The position numbers and the translations under genes were made by a program. Below the pieces are notes generated by a model that had not been told where the DNA came from, ran no database searches, and saw nothing but the letters and a program-made list of their open reading frames with translations. Of a DNA stretch of 42,964 nucleotides, positions 35,152 through 42,964 are shown one piece after another. The stretch is taken from positions 1 through 42,964 of the forward strand of contig JAFPCT010000087.1 of assembly GCA_017390125.1 (NCBI GenBank). Reading direction: 5' to 3'. How positions within the stretch are numbered: position 1 is the first letter of the stretch; every line of letters begins with the position of its first letter. Source of the stretch: Treponema sp. (GTDB lineage: Bacteria > Spirochaetota > Spirochaetia > Treponematales > Treponemataceae).

Positions 35152-38010
35152 ATGAGAAAAATTGTTTTTTCTATTTATTTGTTTTTGGCGTCTGCCGCAC
35201 TTTTTGCTGCTCCCTCAAAGACGGACGTCCTTATCTATGATGAGCTTTTATCCTCTTATTCAAGCGGTTTTTATCCTGGCGTAGTCCAGCATGCGGAGGA
35301 ACTTTTTCAGGATTATCCGGAATCATCCTACATTCCTTCTGCAATGGTTATGGAAGGGGAAAGCCTTGTCCGCCTTGGACAGACTGATTCCGCAATGGAG
35401 CTTCTCCTTCGCGCAGAAAAACTGAACCTTAAATCTGATGTTCTTTTGAAGCAGCGGTTCTGGACTGGCCGTGCCTATGAGCTAAAAAATGATGCAGAAA
35501 ATTCCCTTGCTTATTATTTTGATTACTGCACGAGGGCCGGAGAAAACGGTGCTTATTTCCCTCAGGCTATCTTTCATTCTGCAGACGTATACTACAGAAT
35601 TGCAGAATATGCAAAGGCTGTTCCGAACCTTGAATATGTAGTCAGGAACGGAAATAAATATGAAACTTCGGAATATGGTACTGCTCTCCTTGAGCTTGCC
35701 GATTCCTACAATAAAACCGGAGCTGCTGACAAAACTATCGCTCTTTACGAAAAGTTTTCCAGCCAGGACCTTAGGAAAAAAGTTTATCTTGTGTTCACTG
35801 AATATGCCGGTGATGCCTATGCCGCAAAAAAAAATTACAGAAAAGCCTACGAGCTTTACTGTCAGGTTCTTGAAGGTGGCGAAAAGAGCCTTGCTTCAAA
35901 TGCGCTCAAAAAGGCATATAACGTTTCATCTGAGCACAGAAAAGAAGTCGGTGCGGAGCCGGGAGAGATTCTTAAAAATGCCCAGGACACTCTTGCCTCG
36001 TCACCGGAACTTCTTGCAGAATTCTGGACCCGTCTTGGAATAGATGCCTTTGTGCAGGGGGATTACCAGAAGGCTTCCGGATATTTTGATGAGGCCGAAA
36101 AGTATTCTTCTGATGAATTGAAATTCCTGTCATATACATACCGCGCAGAAATAAAGGCAGGCCGGAAAGTAACGAAAAAATCCGCTCACGAGGCAGAACA
36201 GTACGTTAAGTCGATTCTTGAAAATAATCCGCAGATTGAAGAATCTGAATACCGTGATGATTTTCTCCGGCTCCTTGTGAAATATGCTGCTTTCCAGAAA
36301 AATTGGAACGATGTTAAGAAAATTGCAACGGAAATTGCAGAGCCTGATGAATCGACAAATTACTATATGGCTTTGGCTCAGTATGAATCCGGGGACTATT
36401 CTTCTTCGGCAAAACTTCTTTCCGGAAAGAGCGATGAGCTTTACGCTCTTACTCTTGCCAGACAGCAGAAACTGAAGGAAGCGGCAGGTGTATACGGTTC
36501 AGCAGACAAAAAATCTGCTATTACTCCGGAAGAGCGCCTGAATTATGCGAAGGTCCTCATCCTTTCGGGACGCTACAGGGAAGCTCAGATTGAGGCGGCC
36601 AAAAGCGGTCTGAATGAGGGAAAATACATTCTGGGACTTGCCCAGTTCAACACATGGAGCTGGCCTTATGCAGAGGAAAGCTTTGCGACCTTCCTTAAAA
36701 ACGCAGACCGCAATGACGAAAGTCAGAAGAAGGCTGTTTCCTATGCAATGTTCTATCAGGGATATTCCCAGTACCGTCAGGGAAAGGCTTCGGAAGCATA
36801 TAAAAACCTTGCTGCTTTCATTGAAAAATATCCTGACCATGAGCTTTTGTGGAATGCAAAAATGACGGCAGCCAACGCTGCAGTTCAGAGCGGAAATCCG
36901 GACAATGGAATCCTGATGGCGGAAAGCGCTATAAAGTCTTCCGTAACAAATGAAAACCGTGAGGAGGCTGTGCTTCTCTGTGCGGAAATCTATTCTGATT
37001 CCCACCGTTATGAGAGCGCCCTCAACCTTCTTTCTCCATATTCAAAACTGAAGAATTCTTTCGGCATGAAGAGCCTTTTCAAGATGGCGCAGATTTACGA
37101 AAAAATGAACCAGCTTTCCCTTGCAGATTCAAAATACAAGGAAGTCGGAACAAAATTTTCGTCGGAAAAAACAGGCGAAGAGGCCATGTACCGCCGCGGA
37201 GAACTTTATTATTCAGCTGAAGACTTTGAAAATTCTCTTGCCCGTTTCAATGAATATTCTTCAAAATATTCTACAGGCGATTATGTAGATTCAAGCTGGT
37301 ATTTTGCAGCTGACTGTCTTTCGAAAACCGGAAAAACTTCCAGGGCAATTCTGCAGTATCAGGCACTTATAAAAAAATTCCCGGAAAGCACATATGTCTA
37401 TGCTTCTTCAAAACGGCTTATAGAACTGTACCGGGGTGAAGGAAAATACAGCAATGCCCTTGAAAATGCCCGTTTCCTTCTCTCAAAATATGGCGATCAG
37501 GCCCGCAATGACGGAATTGCGGAGGTTGCCGCTGACCTTGAAAAACTTGCTGCCGGAAAGAACGAGGCTATGGTAAAAAAAGAAAATGAATACCGTAAGG
37601 CCGGAGGAACGAATACTCCTGAAGGCAGAAAAGCAGGAACAGAGCTTGCAGTAATGTACGCAAAATCACCTGCGACTTCAGCCGAGGCTGTAAAAATGGC
37701 TGAGCAGTTCCTGCCGCTGCAGAAGAAAAACATAAAGGCTGAAAGTCCGTGGGCAGCGCAGAATGCTGATATTCTGGCTCAGGCTTACCGGGCTCAGGGA
37801 AAAAATAAGGCTGCGTCAGAAATGTATCTTGCTGCCGCAGAATATTACCGGATGAACAGCCGCGGCGACGAAGCTGCCGGCGCTCTGTACGGAGCATACG
37901 ATGCTTTCATTGCCCAGGGACTGCCTGGCGATGCAAATGAAACTGCCCGCACTTTGCAGAAACTTTATCCGCAGAGCAGACAGGCAAAGGCCGTTAAGAC
38001 TGACAACTAA
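35152..38010 (+). CDS. Periplasmic tetratricopeptide-repeat protein (BamD/YbgF-like helical repeats)
   Basis: Signal peptide ...SAALFA-A. Many repeats of the form A.Y..G...Y....Y..A...F.....YP.S. Confidence 0.9.
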   Translation: MRKIVFSIYLFLASAALFAAPSKTDVLIYDELLSSYSSGFYPGVVQHAEELFQDYPESSYIPSAMVMEGESLVRLGQTDSAMELLLRAEKLNLKSDVLLKQRFWTGRAYELKNDAENSLAYYFDYCTRAGENGAYFPQAIFHSADVYYRIAEYAKAVPNLEYVVRNGNKYETSEYGTALLELADSYNKTGAADKTIALYEKFSSQDLRKKVYLVFTEYAGDAYAAKKNYRKAYELYCQVLEGGEKSLASNALKKAYNVSSEHRKEVGAEPGEILKNAQDTLASSPELLAEFWTRLGIDAFVQGDYQKASGYFDEAEKYSSDELKFLSYTYRAEIKAGRKVTKKSAHEAEQYVKSILENNPQIEESEYRDDFLRLLVKYAAFQKNWNDVKKIATEIAEPDESTNYYMALAQYESGDYSSSAKLLSGKSDELYALTLARQQKLKEAAGVYGSADKKSAITPEERLNYAKVLILSGRYREAQIEAAKSGLNEGKYILGLAQFNTWSWPYAEESFATFLKNADRNDESQKKAVSYAMFYQGYSQYRQGKASEAYKNLAAFIEKYPDHELLWNAKMTAANAAVQSGNPDNGILMAESAIKSSVTNENREEAVLLCAEIYSDSHRYESALNLLSPYSKLKNSFGMKSLFKMAQIYEKMNQLSLADSKYKEVGTKFSSEKTGEEAMYRRGELYYSAEDFENSLARFNEYSSKYSTGDYVDSSWYFAADCLSKTGKTSRAILQYQALIKKFPESTYVYASSKRLIELYRGEGKYSNALENARFLLSKYGDQARNDGIAEVAADLEKLAAGKNEAMVKKENEYRKAGGTNTPEGRKAGTELAVMYAKSPATSAEAVKMAEQFLPLQKKNIKAESPWAAQNADILAQAYRAQGKNKAASEMYLAAAEYYRMNSRGDEAAGALYGAYDAFIAQGLPGDANETARTLQKLYPQSRQAKAVKTDN

Positions 38011-38033
38011 ACAAATCTGGATTGAGGATTGCT

Positions 38034-39737
38034 ATGAAACTTACAAAAACAGTACTTTTTGGATGCGCGGTTTTTCTTGCCGCAGATTTGATTGCTGCCC
38101 AGAGCAGTGAAGTAGAGGAAATTTCATTACCGGATGTTTCTACCGTAATTTCAGGTGGAGCGCCTAAAGCGGGAAAGAGCGCTGTGCCGGATTATTCAAA
38201 GGTTCTGCCGGAATCAAATAAGAATGAGACTGTGCTGCCTGTACTGCCGGAAAGCGTTGATGTCGCTTCTGAAAACGTAAGGAGCATTGCTTCTGAAGAT
38301 GTTTCCCGCAAGAACATTTATGCAGAAGGTGTTGCCGGAGCCGGCTATCCTGGATTCATTACCGGAAACTTTTCTCTTTACAGACAGTCCGGTAAAAATC
38401 CCTTCAAAGTAAACTTTTCCCATGAATCGGCAAACGGTTATTCCGGCCGTTCACTTACAGGCGGCTATTTTGACCGCAATACGCTCATCTATGCCGACAA
38501 AACTTTTTCTTCAGAGAGAATGGATCTGTTCCTTGCAGGAAGCTATGAGAACAAGGCAAACGGCCTTCAGGACAAATACGAATACATAACGGACGTCAAT
38601 CAGGATAAATTTTATGCGTTCCTTGACTGGGATATAAAATTTACGAAGAATGCTGTGCTTTCTCTTGCCATGAACGGCGACTGGTACAAACGCTATGCCA
38701 CCACAACAGGAAGTGTATGGTATCTTGATAAGAACGGAAACCTTGTTATTCCTGCTTCTGCTGTAAACGTACCTGATTCATACTGCAACGCAGGTGTTAT
38801 CGACTGGAATCCTTCACTTCGATTTGCATTTAAAAATTCAAAGAATTTCAGCTTTGGTTTATTTTCTGAATATCAGTCTGAATACGATACAAAAGATTCA
38901 TTTGCAGAAAGCCGTACAATTAACCGCGGAAATTTTGGAATTGATCTGGGCTGGAGCAATGATTCTGTAAAAATCTACGGAAACGCTTCTGCTGTAATCG
39001 GAGACAAAATCGGTGATAATGCAGTCATCGTACCGTTCACAGTGGGAACAGAATTTTCATTCAGCAATTCTCTTTCTTCTAAAAAACTTCTCATATGGGC
39101 AAAAGGCGGTATTGAGTCTTCCCTTACAAAAGTTGAGGAGCTTGAACGGGCATTTAAGTTTGCGGCTCTGGAAATCATGCCTGATGAGACAAGCTGCTGG
39201 TATTCGGATCTTTCAGTTTCAATCCCGGTAAAGGAAGTTTTCACCCTTTCTCTCAACGGAGTGTTCAAGGATACGGCCTACGGAAACGACACCTGGCAGC
39301 CATTGTATGAATCGGATGATGAGGTTGTGTCTCACTACGGCCAGTACACATATTACGAAGATGATACGCTTCAGCTGAATACAGACGTTGCCCTTGCATT
39401 CCGTTTCAAGGTATTTTCTTTCACCGCAGGCTGGAAGGCATACTGGCTTGATGTGCCTGCTCTGGAAACTGAGCAGGAGCTCAGATGCGTGTTCTCAGCG
39501 CAGAACAGCACTGCACGTTTCGGCTTTAACGGAATTGTACGGCAGGGACTTGCTTCTAATGACGACAAATGTCCGTACATTGACTTAAGCGCATTTTTGC
39601 GCCTTACAAATGCAGTTAGACTTGCCGTTTCTTCCAATGATGTTGTAAAATTAATTGCGGGCTCAGAAAGAACATACGCAGGAAAGTATATAGAAAGAAG
39701 CGGTTCCATTGCGGCCCTTGTTAAATTCTTTTTCTAA
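38034..39737 (+). CDS. Predicted outer-membrane beta-barrel protein
   Basis: GAGGA SD before ATG 38034, signal peptide, Pro-rich N-terminal linker, alternating aromatic/polar strands and C-terminal ...IAALVKFFF (terminal Phe). Confidence 0.7.
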   Translation: MKLTKTVLFGCAVFLAADLIAAQSSEVEEISLPDVSTVISGGAPKAGKSAVPDYSKVLPESNKNETVLPVLPESVDVASENVRSIASEDVSRKNIYAEGVAGAGYPGFITGNFSLYRQSGKNPFKVNFSHESANGYSGRSLTGGYFDRNTLIYADKTFSSERMDLFLAGSYENKANGLQDKYEYITDVNQDKFYAFLDWDIKFTKNAVLSLAMNGDWYKRYATTTGSVWYLDKNGNLVIPASAVNVPDSYCNAGVIDWNPSLRFAFKNSKNFSFGLFSEYQSEYDTKDSFAESRTINRGNFGIDLGWSNDSVKIYGNASAVIGDKIGDNAVIVPFTVGTEFSFSNSLSSKKLLIWAKGGIESSLTKVEELERAFKFAALEIMPDETSCWYSDLSVSIPVKEVFTLSLNGVFKDTAYGNDTWQPLYESDDEVVSHYGQYTYYEDDTLQLNTDVALAFRFKVFSFTAGWKAYWLDVPALETEQELRCVFSAQNSTARFGFNGIVRQGLASNDDKCPYIDLSAFLRLTNAVRLAVSSNDVVKLIAGSERTYAGKYIERSGSIAALVKFFF

Positions 39738-39760
39738 GATTGATCTGGAGGTTTTGAAAA

Positions 39761-40372
39761 ATGTTTGACAGTTTAAGAGCAGGCGGTATCCTGATGATAC
39801 CAATCATCCTTTGCGGAGTCATCGCCACTTTTATAATATTTGAACGCTGCTATTATTTTTACGTTACAAAGAAAAAGGATGCAAAACTGATGTATGACCT
39901 GCGCAATTCACTTGACGGCGAAAATTTTGACGCGGCCGCAGTAAGTTGCGCAGAAGCTGATACTCCATGTTCTCAGGTAATCAAAAAGGCTTTGGACTGC
40001 CGCCGCTGGGATGAAAAAGACATGAAAGATGCTGTTGAGGCTGAAATGTCTGCTGTAATTCCACGTTTTGAGCACCTGCTTACAGCTCTGGGAACAATCG
40101 CAAATATCTCAACTCTGCTGGGACTTTTGGGAACTGTAACAGGAAATATTAAGGCTTTCGGCGTTCTTGGTGCAGGCGGAACCATGGGTGACCCGGCTCT
40201 GCTTGCCGGCGCAATTGGAGAAGCTCTCGTAACGACGGTTGCCGGACTTGTAGTTTCAATTCCATCTTTGATTTTCTACAATTATTTTGTAAGCCGCGTA
40301 AACCGCCGCATTACAGAAATGGAATCAAACGTAACCCATATTGTATTAAGACTTTCAGGACGTATTAAATGA
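39761..40372 (+). CDS. exbB: MotA/TolQ/ExbB proton channel protein
   Basis: LGTIANISTLLGLLGTVTG.IKAF and GIG-like AIGEALVTTVAGLVVSIP, with three TM helices. Confidence 0.92.
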   Translation: MFDSLRAGGILMIPIILCGVIATFIIFERCYYFYVTKKKDAKLMYDLRNSLDGENFDAAAVSCAEADTPCSQVIKKALDCRRWDEKDMKDAVEAEMSAVIPRFEHLLTALGTIANISTLLGLLGTVTGNIKAFGVLGAGGTMGDPALLAGAIGEALVTTVAGLVVSIPSLIFYNYFVSRVNRRITEMESNVTHIVLRLSGRIK

Positions 40373-40782
40373 GATTAAAGGCACGACGGAAAGGTGTTCA
40401 GGCCGGCGTTGACATGACGCCTATGCTTGACGTTGTTTTTCAGCTGATTATTTTCTTTCTCGTTTCAACGACATTTGCAGTTCTTCCGGGAATTTCCATG
40501 CACCTGCCTGAAAGCACGACGGCGGAGAGCACTTCAAATCTTGGAATTACGATTACTGCAGACAAGAACGGCGGTCTTTGGTTCAATGACAAACAGGTTT
40601 CCTTCAAGGGACTTGGAGAAGAGCTTGCCGCCTTTGACACTAAGAAAACAAAGAAGTCTGAATTCCCGATTATAATAGAAGCTGACGCAGAAGTTACAAA
40701 CGGAACCATAGTAAAGCTTTTTGACGTAATCAGAATGAACGGTTATGCGGCCGTTAATTTGCGCACTAAAGAAAAAAGGTAA
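40369..40782 (+). CDS. exbD: ExbD/TolR biopolymer transport protein
   Basis: DMTPMLDVVFQLIIFFLV with the conserved TM Asp, then LP and IIIEAD motifs. Confidence 0.93.
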   Translation: MRLKARRKGVQAGVDMTPMLDVVFQLIIFFLVSTTFAVLPGISMHLPESTTAESTSNLGITITADKNGGLWFNDKQVSFKGLGEELAAFDTKKTKKSEFPIIIEADAEVTNGTIVKLFDVIRMNGYAAVNLRTKEKR

Positions 40783-41958
40783 ATGCAGATAGTAGAAGAA
40801 TTTTCGTATTTCATAGATTCTCACTCCGTGGACAAGACCCAGTCTTCTTCGATGAAGCTTGCTTTGGGCGGCACAGGCATTGTATGGCTGATTATACTCA
40901 TCATACTTGCTGTTTCACCGGTATTCAAAAAGCCGGAGCATTACAAGACCGTTCAGATCATGCTGGAGCCTGTTCAGAAGATTGAGACAACAAAATCGGA
41001 AAAAAGTTCTGCCGCTGTAAAAAAGGTGCCGGACGCAACTGCAAAAGAAGCTGCCGCCCCTAAAAAAGTGCAGAAGACACAGGAAGCTCCTGCAGCAAAA
41101 AAAACTGAGCCTGTAAAACAGCCTCAGAAAGCCCAGGAAGCAAAGCCTGCCGCTCAGAAAACAGCGGAACCGGCAAAAACTGCTCCCTCTCAGGCACCGG
41201 CAAAAGCTGCTTCAAAACCGGCAGAGGCTCCTAAGGCTGCGGAAACTCCGAAGCCTGCGGAACCATACAAGAAGGCTGACATAAAATATGCAAGGAGCAT
41301 GGACGAGCTTCTTGAGGAGCAGATGAACAAAACATCTTCTTCAAAAAAGGAAATCGACTGGGATTCATTTGACGGCGTCGAATCCACTAGCTCATCGGCT
41401 TCGAGCAGTAATAATGCCGCAAAATCAATAACCGGAGGTGAAGCCCTTTCTGGTTCTGCAGGTACTGCGACAGCAAAGGACAAGGCCGTTACTGCAACTG
41501 ACGGACGTGAAAATTCAAAGAATTATTCATCTTCCGCCGCAACCTCCGGCACTCTGAATAAGATTGCGGAAACGGAGCAGACTTTCGAAGGCAATGTTGG
41601 TGATGGCGGAAACGGCATCAGCTCAAGGTCAAAAGTAATGGCTGCCCGCTCTAATGACGGAAAGATTTCCCTTTCTCTTTCAGACGGTTCTTCCCGGGTT
41701 CTCATAGAACCAAAGGAACCTAAAATTTTTATCTCGGAAGAGAATTCAAAATTGATAGATAACACAAGAACTGTTACAATAGAATTCACAGTTCTTCCTT
41801 CCGGAAATGTTCCTCAGAACGGGATCTCATTCCGGCCGGCAGCAGTTATTCCGCCGGAGATTCAGTCTGAAATCCGGACCCAGATCTCAAGGTGGCGCTT
41901 TGCACCGGGACCTACGGAAGGCGTTGCAATATTTGAGTACAGCATTATAAAGAGATAG
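40783..41958 (+). CDS. TonB/TolA-like energy transducer
   Basis: Single N-terminal TM, long K/A/P/E-rich linker and a TonB_C-like end, VTIEFTVLPSGNV...ISRWRFAP...IFEYSI. Confidence 0.75.
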   Translation: MQIVEEFSYFIDSHSVDKTQSSSMKLALGGTGIVWLIILIILAVSPVFKKPEHYKTVQIMLEPVQKIETTKSEKSSAAVKKVPDATAKEAAAPKKVQKTQEAPAAKKTEPVKQPQKAQEAKPAAQKTAEPAKTAPSQAPAKAASKPAEAPKAAETPKPAEPYKKADIKYARSMDELLEEQMNKTSSSKKEIDWDSFDGVESTSSSASSSNNAAKSITGGEALSGSAGTATAKDKAVTATDGRENSKNYSSSAATSGTLNKIAETEQTFEGNVGDGGNGISSRSKVMAARSNDGKISLSLSDGSSRVLIEPKEPKIFISEENSKLIDNTRTVTIEFTVLPSGNVPQNGISFRPAAVIPPEIQSEIRTQISRWRFAPGPTEGVAIFEYSIIKR

Positions 41959-41971
41959 AAAAGGAGACCAT

Positions 41972-42655
41972 GTGCAGGTAAAGAATCTTGGCGAAATAGA
42001 AGCCGTAGCATTTGACATTGACGGAACTCTCTACGATCAGTGGCGTATTCATTTCTATGCCCTGCGGCATTATATTTTCCACGGTGTTTTTTTCCTTCAC
42101 TTCGGACTTACCCGCCACGAAATGCACGGGATGGCTCCTCAGGAAGACTTCAAGAAGGTGCAGGCAGAAAAAATGGCCCGCCGCCTGAACTGTTCCTATG
42201 AATCTGCACTGTCAAAACTTGACCGCATTGTATACAGCGGTCTGAAGAAATATTTCGTGCACATGCCATGCATGAAAGACGTTCCGGAAACATTCAAAAA
42301 ATTCAAGGAAGCTGGTTTTAAGATTGCGCTCCTTTCAGATTTTCCGCCGGAACAGAAAGGCGACATCTGGGGTGTGAAGCAGTATTGCGACGCAGTGCTG
42401 GGAACAGAAGCTCTTGGAGCCCTTAAGCCGGATGTTCATTCATTCCTAAAAATGGCAGAGATACTTGGCGTTGCTCCTGAAAAAATTCTTTATGTGGGAA
42501 ACAGCAAGAAGTACGACGTTGTGGGCTCAAAAAAAGCCGGAATGAAGAGCGCGTATTTGCTTCCTTCATGGAAAAGAATTTTTAAAATGAAAGATAAAGA
42601 TGCTGACATTTCGTTCTGCAACTATCGTCAATTACAGGATATTGTGCTAAATTAG
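41972..42655 (+). CDS. HAD-family hydrolase
   Basis: AFDIDGTLY motif I, LLSD, KP and YVGNS...DVVG...AG. An AAGGAG SD lies upstream. Confidence 0.9.
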   Translation: MQVKNLGEIEAVAFDIDGTLYDQWRIHFYALRHYIFHGVFFLHFGLTRHEMHGMAPQEDFKKVQAEKMARRLNCSYESALSKLDRIVYSGLKKYFVHMPCMKDVPETFKKFKEAGFKIALLSDFPPEQKGDIWGVKQYCDAVLGTEALGALKPDVHSFLKMAEILGVAPEKILYVGNSKKYDVVGSKKAGMKSAYLLPSWKRIFKMKDKDADISFCNYRQLQDIVLN

Positions 42656-42685
42656 AAAAATACAAAAGTTTAACTGGGTGGGAAA

Positions 42686-42964
42686 ATGTTTTTTTTGACT
42701 CTTTTATTGTCTGCAGGAATTGCAGCAGGAATTTCATATTTTTTGCATACTCTCGACAGAGACAACAACTCTTTTGAAAAGGTAAGACGCTATGCCGACA
42801 AAAGGCAGGGCGAATTTGATGCATATTTCCAGCAGCAGGAAAAGAAACTTTCTTCAAGTACTGCAAACCTGGAGACGAAATTCATGCAGTCTACTGCGGC
42901 CGTTAAGCGTCTTGAAAGCCAGATTGAAGAATTCCAGAAAATGACGGACGGCCTTTCCCATGAC
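42686..42964 (+). CDS. N-terminus of a membrane-anchored coiled-coil protein (resembles the spirochaete SpiroCoCo family), runs off the window
   Basis: Absent from the ORF track. Reads MFFLTLLLSAGIAAGISYFLHTLDRDNNSFEKVRRYADKRQGEFDAYFQQQEKKL... and is open to the window end. Confidence 0.75.
   Translation, partial: MFFLTLLLSAGIAAGISYFLHTLDRDNNSFEKVRRYADKRQGEFDAYFQQQEKKLSSSTANLETKFMQSTAAVKRLESQIEEFQKMTDGLSHD

Noticed and set aside
41020-41270. K/A/P-rich quasi-repeats as a DNA tandem repeat
   Set aside because: They are the low-complexity periplasmic linker expected in TonB/TolA proteins, with no exact DNA periodicity.
42689-42696. T8 tract just after the start codon as a phase-variation switch
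   Set aside because: It is short, in frame and encodes hydrophobic FFL. A/T runs of this length are common in this window.

Overview
This is a 43 kb chromosomal window that looks like an anaerobic gut or rumen Treponema-type spirochaete. That call rests on a class I LysRS, spirochaete-style lipoboxes, a FecR/adenylate cyclase module and a SpiroCoCo-like coiled-coil ORF. The housekeeping genes are lysS (class I), an AICAR-transformylase-only purH, an ABC-F ATPase, aroA, ychF, uvrC, an Xaa-Pro peptidase and murJ. Two envelope operons stand out. The first is a translationally coupled run of Cache/HAMP adenylyl cyclase, FecR-Ig protein, Fn3/Ig plus beta-barrel protein and a lipoprotein, with no ECF sigma factor; it is a candidate outer-membrane-to-cAMP trans-envelope signalling system. 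The second is a run of TPR protein, short beta-barrel, ExbB, ExbD and a TonB/TolA-like protein. Also present are a fused PlsA/PlsR-like (plasmalogen synthase-type) gene, an orphan adenine methyltransferase, three decayed gene relics, a GC-rich multi-hairpin element and a 61 bp direct repeat. At least six genes show a -10 hexamer exactly 6 nt before the ATG, which suggests frequent leaderless transcription. I saw no rRNA, tRNA, CRISPR array, integrase or transposase. All assignments come from motif reading, not database searches.
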